DNA from: Prorocentrum cordatum
Lineage: Eukaryota
Assembly (NCBI GenBank): GCA_963575745.1
Contig: CAUYUJ010000111.1
Coordinates: 1 to 64,000 of the forward strand
Length of the DNA stretch: 64,000 nucleotides
Direction: 5' to 3'
Shown piece after piece: positions 1-11,800 of this stretch. How positions within the stretch are numbered: position 1 is the first letter of the stretch; each line of letters begins with the position of its first letter. The notes under the pieces are model-generated. The model saw nothing but the letters and a program-made list of their open reading frames with translations, did not search any database and was not told the origin of the DNA. Made by a program: the position numbers and the translations under genes.

Positions 1-3000
1 TAACTCGTAGAGCTTCCCTTAGCAAGTTATTGCTGGAAGCTTAAGAGTAATTCCGGGGAGCTGGAGAGCTAGTTGGCAAGAAAAATCTCGACGGACTTTT
101 TGCTGACTTTTGGTCGGTTGAAAATTTTGTTCTCGAAATTTGACCATTCGTTAGAGCTCTAGTATTTTTCCCATGATATTCGATCTTATTCCCGCTCGCC
201 ATCTTGATCTCAGCTCGATCGGGTAACTTTGAAGGCCAAAAAGCAGGGGGGCGGGAACGGCCGTTTCGAGTCATCTTGATACGCGCTGTCGGTTTTCTCA
301 AGATTACCCGAGCTTCAGGACAACTACAGAGCTGGTCAGCACAGCTAATGCATTCAGAATGATCAGGCGCGTTCGCCTGTTGAATCCAGAGGTCTGAACT
401 CGGTCTGCTAGCCGAGCTAGGGTCGCAAACCTATTCGTATTATTTGAGTCATTGTAGCAGACGCTCTCGGTTTTTTCGTACTTAACTCGATCTGTAGGGC
501 AGCCACAGAGCTGATAATCACAGAAATCGATTGAGAATTATCAGGCTTGTATTGTTCGAGTCATCTTGAGAAGTGCTCTCGGTTTCTGTACTTGAATCGT
601 GCTGGGGGAGGGCTACAGTGCTGCTGGTCACAGGAATCGATTTCGAGACATCAGGCGCGTCCGTTCGTCGAACCGAGAGCTCGGAACTCGGTCTGCTGCT
701 CGAACGAGATCCGCGAAACTGTTGTATTATTCGAGTCATCCTAAAGCTACTCTCGGTTTTCTGCACTTAACTCTGGCTGTATGGGGGGCTGCAGAGCTGG
801 TAATCACAGGAATCGATCCGCAGACATCAGACGCGTCCGCCTGTCGCATTCAGAGGTCTGAACTCGGTTTCATACTCGAGCTCGATTGGAAAACTGTTCG
901 TTTGTTTTGTTAGAGTCATCTTGAGAGGTCTATAATCGCTTGGGCTGAAAAACTAGTCGTTCTCTGAAATTCTTTTCCACATTATATATTGTCAGGAAGC
1001 TCTACGAGTCCCCCGGCGGTAAGAAAGGTTGACGGTTTACCGCCGGCGCCCAGTTTTGCTGACTTTTGGTCGGTTGAAAATTTCGTTCTCGAAATTTGAC
1101 CATTCGTTAGAGCTCTAGTATTTTTTCCCATGATATTCGATCTTATTCCCGCTCGCCATCTTGATCTCAGCTCGATCGGGTAACTTTGAAGGCCAAAAAG
1201 CAGGCAGGCGGGAACGGCCGTTTCGAGTCATCTTGATACGCGCTGTCGGTTTTCTCAAGATAACTCGAGCTTCAGGACAACTACAGAGCTGGTCAGCACA
1301 GCTAATGCATTCAGAATGATCAGGCGCGTTCGCCTGTTGAATCCAGAGGTCTGAACTCGGTCTGCTAGCCGAGCTAGGGTCGCAAACCTATTCGTATTAT
1401 TCGAGTCATTGTAGCAGACGCTCTCGGTTTTTCGTACTTAACTCGATCTGTAGGGCAGCCACAGAGCTGATAATCACAGAAATCGATTGAGAATTATCAG
1501 GCGCGTTCGTCTGTTGAATCAAGAGCTCTGAACTCGGCCTGCTCCCCGAGCTAGGTTCGCGAACCTATTGGTATTGTTCGAGTCATCTTGAGAAGTGCTC
1601 TCGGTTTTCTGTACTTGAATCGTTCTGGGCTACAGCTGGTCACAGGAATCGATTTCGAGACACCAGGCGAACCGAGAGCTCGGAACTCGGTCTGCTGCTC
1701 GAACGAGATCCGCGAAACTGTTGTATTATTCGAGTCATCCTGAGAGCTACTCTCGGTTTTCTGCACTTAACTCAGGCTGTATGGGGGGCTGCAGAGCTGG
1801 TAATCACAGGAATCGATCCGCAGACATCAGACGCGTCCGCCTGTCGCATTCAGAGGTCTGAACTCGGTTTCATACTCGAGCTCGATTGGAAAACTGTTCG
1901 TTTGTTTTGTTAGAGTCATCTTGAGAGGTCTATAATCGCTTGGGCTGAAAAACTAGTCGTTCTCTGAAATTCTTTTCCACATTATATATTGTCAGGAAGC
2001 TCTACGAGTCCCCCGGCGGTAAGAAAGGTTGACGGTTTACCGCCGGCGCCCAGTTGGCCCACCCGGCCAGAACGGACAATGTGACAACTTTTGGGTGGTT
2101 TTGCGATTTTTTGAAAGATATTTGACCATTTATTTTGAGAAAGCAGATTTTTCGCACCTGTAGACGACTATGAGGGACTCTTCGTCTTAATGTGAGCTCT
2201 CTACATGCAGTTTTACTATCAAAACACTTGGCGGAACCAGCTTCATGTCGACATGAAAAACATCATGTTTTTTTATTTCCGAGAAATTCTTGCAGAAGCC
2301 CTCTCTTTTCGTAGTGAGCGCTCTCACGCGTGTTAGAAGCTCTACGAGGTTCCCGGCGGTGACCAGGTTGACGGTTCACCGCCGGCGCCAGTTAATAGGC
2401 GAACGCGCATGATAATTCTGAGTGCGATAGCTGTGCTTACCAGCTCTGTAGCTGCCCTAAAGCTCGAGTTAAGTACAGAAAACCGAGAGCTGCTATCAAG
2501 ATGACTCGAATAATACGAATAGGTTTGCGGACCTAGCTCAAAGAGCTAAGAGGAATTCGGGCGCAGGGTGAAGCTAGTTGGCCGCCCCCGACGAAAAGAG
2601 AGAATGTGGCAACCTGGGGTCGGTGTTTTTCACTTTATGCAAAATAACTCGTAGAGCTTCCCTTAGCAAGTTATTGCTGGAAGCTTAAGAGTAATAACTC
2701 GTAGAGCTTCCCTTAGCTAATTATAGCTGGAAGCTAAGAGTAATTCCGAGCTATCTGTAGCTGCCCTAGAGCTCGAGTTATCTTCAGAAAACCGACAGCA
2801 CGTATCAAGATGACTCAAAACGGTCGTTCCCGCCGGGACGCTTTTCGCCTTCAAAGTTACCCGATCGAGCTGAGATCAAGATGGCGAGCGGGAATTAGAT
2901 CGAATATCACAGGAAAAATACTAGCGCTCTAACGAATGGTCAAATTTCGAGAATAAAATTTTCAACCGACCAAAAGTCAGCAAAAGGTCCGTCGAGATTT

Positions 3001-5219
3001 TTCTTGCCAACAGCTCTCCAGCGCTTCAGAACTGGACGCGGGCGGTGAACTGTCAACCTTGGTTACCGCCGGGACCCGTAGAGCTTCCAGCTCGACGAAG
3101 TTGAGAACACCGAGGACCTACCAACATTCCGACTCATAGTAAATATTTTGTGCCCTCTCAATGCGACATGCGGACGCGTCTGACGTCTGTGAGTCGACTT
3201 CTATCATTGCCAGCCCTGCAGCCCCCCTACAGCCCGAGTTGAGTGCAGAAAAATGACTCCAACAATACAGTAGTTTCGCAGACCTAATTCAGGCAGCAGA
3301 CGAGTTTCGAGCTCTGGTCTCCGCAGGCGGATGCGCCTGATGTCTCTGAATCGATTGCTGTCCCCAGCAGCACTGTAGCCTTCCCGAGCACGAAATACCG
3401 ACAGCACTTCTCAGGATGACTCGAGCAATACGAATAGTTTTGCGAACCTAGCTCGGGCAACAGGCCAAGTTCAGTGCTCTCGAGTCAACGAACAAAAGCG
3501 CCTGAAGATTTTCAATAGATGTCTGTGACTACGAGCTCTGTTGCTGCCCTACGACTCGAGTTAAGTACAGAAAACCGAGGGTGTCTATCAAGATGATCCA
3601 AATAATACGAATAGGTTTAGGGACCTAGCTCGGCTAGCAGACCGAGTTCAGACCTCTAGATTTAACAGGCGAACGCGCCTAATGATTCTGACTGCGATAG
3701 ATGTGCTTGCCAGCTCTGTAGCTGTCTTACAGCTCGAGTTAAGACCAGAAAGCCGAGAGTTTCTGTCAAGATGACTCGAATAATACGAACAGGTTTCCGG
3801 ACCTAGCTACCCACAGACGGAGTTCAGACCTCTGGGTTCAACAGGCGAACGCGCCTAATTATTCTGCATGCATGAGCTGCTTAACAGCTCTGTAGCTGCC
3901 CTAGAGCTCGAGTTATCTTCAGAAAACCGACAGCGCGTGTCAAGATGACTCGAAACGGCCGTTCCCGCCACAGTGCTTTTTGGCCTTCAAAGTTACCCGA
4001 TCGAGCTGAGATCAAGATGGCGAGCGGGAATAAGATCGAATATCACAGGAAAAAATTCTAGAGCTCTAACGAATGGTCAAATTTCGAGAACAAAATTTTG
4101 AACCAAGCAAAAGTCACCAAAAGTTCCGTCGAGATTTTCCTTGCCAACTAGCTCTGGGGCGCGCCGGAATTACTCTTAGCTTCCAGCTATAATTAGCTAA
4201 GGGAAGCTCTACGAGTTATTACTCTTAAGCTTCCAGCAATAACTTGCTAAGGGAAGCTCTACGAGTTATTTTGCATAAAGTGAAAAACACCGACCCCAGG
4301 TTGCCACATTCTCTCTTTTCGTCGGGGGCGGCCAACTAGCTTCACCCTGCGCCCGAATTCCTCTTAGCTCTTTGAGCTAGGTCCGCAAACCTATTCGTAT
4401 TATTCGAGTCATCTTGATAGCAGCTCTCGGTTTTCTGTACTTAACTCGAGCTTTAGGGCAGCTACAGTGCTGGTAAGCACACCTATCGCACTCAGAATCA
4501 TCACGCGCGTTCGCCTGTTAAATCCAGAAGTCTGAACTCGGTCTGCTAGCTGAGCTAGGTCCGCAAACCTATTCGTATTATTCGAGTCATCTTGATAAAC
4601 GCTCTCGGTTTTCTGTACTTAACTCGAGCTGTAGGGCAGCTACAGGGCTCATTGTGACAGACATCGATGGGGAATCATCAGTCTCGTTCGTCTATTGAAC
4701 CGGGAGCTCTGAACTCGGCCTGCTGCCCGAGCTAGGTTCGCGTAACTGTTCGTATTGTCCGAATAATCTTGAGACGTGCTCTCAATTTTCTGCACTGAAC
4801 TCGTGCTGGGGGAGGGCTACAGTGCTGCAGGTCACATTTATCGATTTGCACACATCAGGCGCGTCTTTCGGTCGATTCCAGAGCTCGGAACTCGGTCTGC
4901 TGCTCGAATTAGGTTCGCAAAACTATTATATTATTCGAGTCGATTGTCGGTTTTCTGCACTTCACTCGGGCTGTAGGGGGGCTTCAGGGTTGGGAATCAC
5001 ATGAGTGGATTCGCAGACATCAGACGCGCCCGCCTGTCGCATTCAGAGGTCTGAACTCGGTTTTATACTCGAACTGGGTTGCGAAACTGTTTGTTTTTGT
5101 TAGCGTTATCTTGAGAGGTCTGAAATCGCTTGGGCTGAAAAATAGTCGTTCTTCCGAGTTTTTTTTCCACAGTATATATTGTCAGGAAGCTCTACGAGTC
5201 CCCCGGCGGTAAGAAAGGT
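1..5219. repeat. Complex satellite block: ~177-178 bp monomers in ~1 kb higher-order units, with an internal inverted segment (~2390-4165)
   Basis: The motif TTCGAGTCATCTTGA...TCGGTTTTCTG recurs at 1225, 1403 and 1580 (spacing 178, 177). 100-1055 is nearly duplicated at 1058-2055. Confidence 0.9.
1013..1046 (+). other. Satellite stem-loop, an empty retrotransposon target site (representative copy)
   Basis: CCGGCGGTAA-GAAAGGTTGACGGT-TTACCGCCGG. Variants lie near 2013, 2354, 3040 (rc), 7425, 39066, 39386, 39819, 40237, 40966, 41998, 48326, 49458, 50564, 50907 and 51307. Confidence 0.9.
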
Positions 5220-5220
5220 C

Positions 5221-7098
5221 GAAGCAGTCCCTTTTTCGGCCAAGTGTAGGAGTTATATCACTCGGGTTCAGAGCATTCTCACTTATGGAAGTCAAGGTAT
5301 TAGTTGGGACAGGGACTCTTTGCATAGCCTGAATGTCTTTGAGGGAAATTGCCTTTACCAGATGACGTCACCCCAAAAGCCAGCCTCCGAAAGTTGGGTA
5401 GTTTGGAAGCCAGCTCGACTCAGAATTGCTAGACGGATGTTCTTTGAAGCCAAGTGCCAGAGCGCAGTACAGAGAGTCCTTTATTCCTTGTGGCAGCTTG
5501 GAGCGGACATAGCATCATATTTCGGAGCCAATGCCGATAGCGGATATCAGATTCCTGAGTCGGAGCTGAGCCCAGGGATGGTCGCGGTCTCTTCAGTTAC
5601 CAATGGGATGGTGGAGGTCTCTTCAGTTACCAATGGGATGGGTGCGGTCTCTTCAGTTACTAATGGGATGGGTGCGGTCTCTTCAGATACGAATGGGATG
5701 GGTGTGGTCTCTTCTGATATGCATGGGATGGTCTCTTCAGTTACCAATGGGATGGGTGCGGTCTCTTCAGTTACTAATGGGATGGGCGCGGTCTCTTCAG
5801 ATACGAATGGGATGGGCGTGGTCTCCTCAGATATGCATGGGATGGTCTCTTCTGCTATGCCCTCTGATAGGGCCTCTTCTTCTCGAGATATTGAAGTTCC
5901 CTGTGAGCGGGGGGGGCCTAGGGACCCCCCCAGGCCCCCCCCGAAGCGTCGGAGGGTGGCAGTTCCTGGACCTGGACAACAGACGGTGTTTCCTCGAGCG
6001 CATCGAGACGCACGTCGGCTTCTGATGTGTTGTACCCCGAGGTGGGAGGAGAAAAGGACACTTGAGTCAGAATGTTTGCGTTCCCAGTGGAAGTGGAAGG
6101 AGGCCTCGAAACTGACACGATTAGGCAGTGCTAAGGGGCAGGCGACGGGTGAACATCCTTGGTGTTTCATGTTCCAGACGATATTTCCCTCGTTTGTGAA
6201 TCTGGAGGATCGGTGGTGGAGGGCGTGCTCTTTCTCTTACTCTGACTTCGTTCAGTATTGCAGGCAGTTCCTGGAAGCTTGTACTTTGGGTTCTCTGTTT
6301 GACTTGTTTGTTGTCCGTGGAGGAACTGGAGGACGAGGAAACTACATAAAGGAGAGGGGGGAGGAGATGATGGCCCGTCCGTTGTCGGTGAAGGAGTCTG
6401 AGAAGCTGGCCCAGAGATTGGCCTCGAACAATGAACAGGAGCCGACTTGGGATCTGAGTGATGATGGGATCGGTCTGGAGCTGACGGGCGATTCGCTTCT
6501 TATCTGTAATTGGATCAACGGTCTCTGGAAGGTTGAAGGAGGAGAAGGAGGAGATGGGGCTTCTTATCGTAGGCGGGTTGCAAATATTATTTCTCTTTTG
6601 GAAGAATTGGAGGAGGAAGGAGTACGACCCCCCTCATGGGGCAATGACTTTATTCGACACATATATCGGGAGAGTAATACAGTAGCTGATGAACTTACCC
6701 ATCTAGCACGGGAAGGCCAGATATTCAGAGAGCTGTTCCACCACCATATCTTCCGTCCTGATGTTCAAGACAACTTTCGAGTTATCGGCCTCCGCGGATC
6801 CTTCGATGGCGGAGTGTGTGCCCAAGGTGTGGGCGTTGGTTGGTTTCTGCAGATTGGATATATCCCTCGCTTTCATGATCCGTACCCTGACCCTGACCAT
6901 AGAGATAAGAGAGCTCGTGTAGTCTCCCTCTTCCCCCAAGCCTCCTCTCCTTGTCCAATCATATGGGAAGTAGTAGGGCGTTGTGCACAGGCACTCCCCT
7001 CCCATAGCAGTATCACTGACGCTGAGCTTTCGGGTCTCGAGGGCCTCTTGCGGGCCGCAGCCCAGGTGGCCCAAGACCTCCAGCTGCAGAGAGACTAG
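5221..7098 (+). pseudogene. Truncated ORF2 C-terminus (post-RT region plus permuted RNase H)
   Basis: YITRVQSILTYGSQG aligns with YAQRVQSIVLYAAEG of family D. Also GDSLLICNWINGLW, HIYRESNTVADELT, GSFDGG and ITDAELSG. The track start at 5179 lies in flanking satellite. Confidence 0.85.
5575..5850 (+). repeat. In-frame 30 bp coding minisatellite (GMGAVSSVTN)n
   Basis: About 9 copies of GGGATGGGTGCGGTCTCTTCAGTTACYAAT; reading frame preserved. Confidence 0.9.
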
Positions 7099-7159
7099 GT
7101 AGGCACTTAACGGGCGCTGGGGCGCTCGGTGCCTGGTCAGCCTCCCCCCCCAAAAAAAA

Positions 7160-7593
7160 GAAAGGTTGACGGTTTACCGCCGGCGCCCAGTTTTGAAGTT
7201 CGTTTTTAGAAGTGAGATTTTTATTCCCTGTAGTAAGCTATGGCGCACCGGCTGGTAAATTTCCTATGGCTCTAGGTCCAGTATTACTATCAAAACACTT
7301 GGAGGAACCCACTGTATGAAAACCGAAAAATCGTATTTTTTTCGATTTTTTCGGCTCTCGCTTCAGAAGCTTCCTTCACGTGTTCGGAGGAGCGCTGTGT
7401 GAGAAGAGAGCTCTATGAGGTGCCCGGCGGTAACTTGGTTGACGGTTTACCGCCGGTTCCCAGTGCCTCGTAGAGCTCTTCGGCATCGATGAGCTAGAGG
7501 AATTCGGGCGCGGGGTGCAGCTACTTGGCCGACCCAGCCCCGACGGACGATGTGCGAACTTTGGGTCGGTTGGACTAACTTTCTGAGATATTT
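7160..7593. repeat. Satellite segment between retroelement A and the giant transposon
   Basis: Contains the stem-loop at ~7410-7477 and the GAATTCGGGCGCGGGGTG module also seen at 39505, 41095 and 50982. Confidence 0.8.
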
Positions 7594-7650
7594 CTGAGAC
7601 TACGATTTCTTATGGGCCATGATCATATTTTTAGCAGCAAATGTGTCGAT
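7594..7650 (+). repeat. Left TIR (16 bp perfect, imperfect to ~60 bp)
   Basis: 16 bp exact match, then CATG..ATATTTTTAGCAG..TGTCGAT resembles the reverse complement of 38761-38793. Confidence 0.9.
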
Positions 7651-8805
7651 CTTATGATCGCGCAACCTATAGAACATATTCATAATCACCATCAAAAGTG
7701 TAGCAAAACCTATAGGACCCTTTAAACAGACCCCCAGAAGTGTCAGCAAACCTATTGAGTTCACAAGGCCGCGGCGCAGAAGAGTAGGACGAGGATGACA
7801 ATGAAGGGGATGATTGCGAAGAGAAAGAGGGGAGGATAAAATTGAGGAGTGTGGTGATAATGGTGAGGGAAACGATGAGAAAAGGGGGTAGAGGGATACG
7901 ACGGATACGAGGAACATAAGGAGAGGACTCAGGAGGGAGATGCGTTTAACAAAACAGCAGGACCTGATTATGATAGGGGATAGGGGAGCAGGAAAGAGGA
8001 GGACAGGATACCGAGGGGGTGACGATGATACATGCAATGACAAGGGAAAGGATGATGATGATCAAGAAGGGGAGGGGTAGGGAAAGGGGAAAACGGGAGG
8101 TGAGGAGACGAAGATGAAACGCGCGGTAAGAAGAGAAAGAGTGGGGGAGGGGGAGGAGGGCGGGGGAATGAAGCCACGAGGCCGTAGGATGCCGTAGGAG
8201 CAAGAGGAAACTTGGAGGAGGAATGAAATGAGGATTGGGTGGGGAAGCAGCAGGGGGAGGGTGGGCAGCAGGAATTGCAGGAGGAACGGAGGAGGAGGAG
8301 GAATTGATGTGGGATTGTAGGTCCTGGTGGAATTTTTGGCGCGCGTTCGATTCAATTATCCTCCCTCCTCCCTCCTTTTTTCCCCGCCGTCTTTCCATCC
8401 CTTTCCTTTTCGATCCTCCCCTCCTCCTTTTCCTCCCCCTCATCCTCCTCCGCCTCCTCCCTCGCCAATATCTCTCTCTTTATGGCTCTTTCTGTCGCTG
8501 TCACTGTCTCTGACTCTGTCTCTCTCTCTCTCTCTGTTTCTCTCTCTCTTTTCTCTCTCTCTCTCTGGCGCCTCTCTCTTTCTCCCTCACTTGCTTGTTT
8601 CTCCTCCCTAGCCCTATCTCTCTCCTGCATCTCTCTTTCTCTGTCTCTCTCTCTCTCTCTATCCTCTATCCGTCTTCAGTCGACTTGTCTGTATGTTGTC
8701 TGCCTGTCTGTTTCCATTTCCCTCTCTCTCTCTCTCTCTCCACCCTCCCCTGCACCTTCCTCTCCTCCGCCCTCGGGTGGGGGAGAGACTGCAGCCATTT
8801 TGGCC

Positions 8806-11800
8806 ATGCAGGAGGAGGGGCAACTGCCCCTTGTGGCCCTGGGGGGGTCGCCAGATCCGGAGCCCAAGAAGAGAAAGCCAGGGCGCCCCCCAGGGTCCAG
8901 AAATAAGGTACCAAAAGTCTTGAAAGACTTGGCCGCCAGGGCCAAGGCCAAGGCGGCCCCAGCCGCAGCCCGGGCCCCGGGCCCTCAGAGGGGTGCGGAT
9001 GGCCGCTATGTCGCGCAGCTGCCAGCTGCTGGGCCGCCCCTCGCCGTGGCCCTCCCGAGCTGCCAGGCGCTGGCCCAGATCGAGTTGGCCCTCGCCAGGG
9101 TTTCCTGGGGGATGAAGGCTTAAGGCTTAAGGTTCAAGGCTGAAAACGTCGGCCCCGCGTCGAATGGCAGTTCGGGGCGGTGGGGTGCCAGTGAACGATT
9201 CGATTGCCCACGGAGGCAAACGAATCGTTCACTGACAATCGAGGGGCCTTGACGGGCCATGACGTGCCACGCAAGCAACCGATCGACGTTCAGCATCACG
9301 CGCGCGATAGGCCCAAATGCTGACGGGGCCGTTGCTGCATCGCGGTGATCAATGGCTCTGAAAGCAGACGCGTCCACCGCCCCGAATGGCCATTCCACAT
9401 GAGAGCCCCCGCCAAACCTGGTCGTGAACAGGCCCACGTCATCCCCGACCCAGACACCCGAACGGCTCTCCCCTGAGAGGTGTCTGGCGGCCCCTCCTGG
9501 TCCTGGTCCTGGTCCGTCCTAGTCCTAGTCCTAGCCCCTAGCCCCTAGCCATCGCGCCCGGGAGTGCGGCTTTATAGAAGCCAGTTCGGATGCCCTGATC
9601 CCTCGACCCCGCTTGGCAAGCTTTACGCTTTCAGCCCAGGCACATCATCCAGAATCTGATGAGTATAAGTGTGGGCTGGCATGTTTCGATGGCTACCATA
9701 CTTACTGTGGACGCTCGGCCGTGTCGGAATCATTGTTTTTGAACCCGTGGAAGAAGATGCCGAACGCTAATGACACAGTGGGCGCGGCCATGTATGATAC
9801 ACCGGCAGAGAGGATTAAAAGAACTCGGTCTGGCGCAGCGGCGGCATTGGTCAAGGCCGAGCGTGCACAGTTTGAGTCTGCGATTCGAGTAGTGAGCTCT
9901 TTGATTCGGTCGAAAGAGGTCCAGCCCCTAGTATACGTCGAGCGCGTGATGTTCGACGAATCTCCTATGCGCGTGAGGGTCCCAGGGGCTCGAAATCCAG
10001 CGAGAGAGATGGGGGGGGAGGAGGAGGCGGAGGAGGAAGGCGAGGTGGTGGTGGTGGACGAGGGGGAGGGGGGAGGAGAGGGCAGGGGGGAAGAAGGAGG
10101 GGGCTGAGGATCAGGGCGAATAGGAAAGATGCGGAGGATGAGGGATGGGGGAAGGTGAGGGGACCGCCCTGACGCCTCCCATCATCCTTCTCTTGCCACT
10201 CTTCCTCCCAATCCTCCTCCAGTCTTGCTCCAAGGCCCTTCCTCGCTCTGCGGTTTCACACTGCTGCGATCCCCCCCTCGAGGTTTCCGAGCTGGACAAT
10301 CCCGATATTCCCGGCGTGGCCAAGCTCCTTCAGTCAGAGTTCGAGGTCGGATTTTTGGTGAAGAGGGTTGCGACCCAAACTATTGAATTGATTCGCGCCG
10401 AGTTCTCCACATGGCTCCAGGCAGTTGATCGCACCACGGGAGAGAACTTCAAGGCGGCCCTCAATGAGATCAGCTATTTGCCGACAATCGTCGGAGAGAC
10501 ATTCCCCCGGAAAATTCGCCTGGCCTCGACAGACGACGGTTCGTCAAACGACCGTTGGTTCCGAGATTGGGAAAGATGTAACCCAAAGTGGTCGGCGTTC
10601 CGAACATCGTGCCAGGTACATAAGTGTGCGAACGTATCAAAGAGGACCGTGGAATTGACCGACGCATCAATAACTGGAGTACTGCATTGCCTCCTCTGGC
10701 TCAGCCACACAGGCAACATGAGAGGTTTCAGGAGCACGTTCTATGAGGTCGCAACGGAGCAGCTCGACATCGACTATGGCCCCCCGCCCCAGCCTGGGAC
10801 TGACATGCACGAGCACCAGCGATCTCTATTCGACAACCTGCTGAAAGTTGGCAGTACTTCTACTTTCCATGACAGGTGGATGCGGTTCGTCGTGGAGTCA
10901 TTGCTCAATGGGGATTGGTCCATCAGGGGTCGCGTGATCCACCACTGTTCCGGTTGCTGCAGAGACAAGGCCCACACCGAGAGAAAGTTGCGCAATAATC
11001 TAGGCGTGCTTTTTTCCAAGTTGAAGGTTTTCAGCCGCTCCAAATGGATAGATGCCGAGGAGGTGTGCGGCCAGATATGCGTCTTAGAGTGCGTCCACAA
11101 ACTTTTCAGCACGACCTTCCTGAGATACGCTTCGTCCCATCTCAAGCCCGATCCGAAGTCCGAGCCGCAGCAGGATCCGTCCGCAATGGCCATCGATGAC
11201 GACGCTGGAGAGGATGACAAGGCCGGGCGCGATGAGAAGGAGGACCAGGGTGACCAGGGCGACCAGAGCAAAGATAAGGGCAGTCAGAGTGCCCGGGAGA
11301 AGGGTGCAACGGAGGCTGTAACGAAAGAGATCGACTGGAAGAAGTTGGTGGCATCTTGGCTGAAATCTGGGGTCGAGTGGGCAGAGGGCACGTTCTTGCA
11401 GAACCTGGTGGCGCTTCGTTTGGTGATGTCTGCCCGGCGGGCATGCTTGTCAAGGATGCTCGGTACTTGTACTATGGCTTGGGAGCGGAAGCAACAGCGC
11501 CGTGAGCGCACAGAGGGCACGCGCGACTACAAGGCCGCGCTGCGATGCCGCGGATACTATTCACAGCCTGGAGTGCAGAGGTCTATTGAATTGTGTTCTT
11601 CGTCTTCTATTTGGGCCGCAATGCCTACAGATTGCCGTTCGTCATCTCTGAGGTGTTTGGCATTCCGGTTGCTGGCGCGGAGCACGGCCGTGCTCTTTCA
11701 GAACATCATCTTGCCAGAACGGGCGTTCCCGATCCAGTTGTTCAAGCTTGTCGACGCGTCCGAGCCGCAAGTGTTCAGAGATATCTGCGCTGAGTTCAAG

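Larger units (their letters stand above)
5220..7159 (+). mobile_element. 5'-truncated non-LTR retrotransposon (family A) inserted in the satellite stem-loop
   Basis: TSD AAGAAAGGT at 5211-5219 and 7158-7166; C-run plus A8 tail at 7152-7159; ORF homologous to the C-terminal part of ORF2 at 53083-57036. Confidence 0.9.

Noticed and set aside
41..5004. Short ORFs in the satellite (also in 38900-51400 and 57300-58350)
   Set aside because: They are translations of repeat monomers with inconsistent frames.
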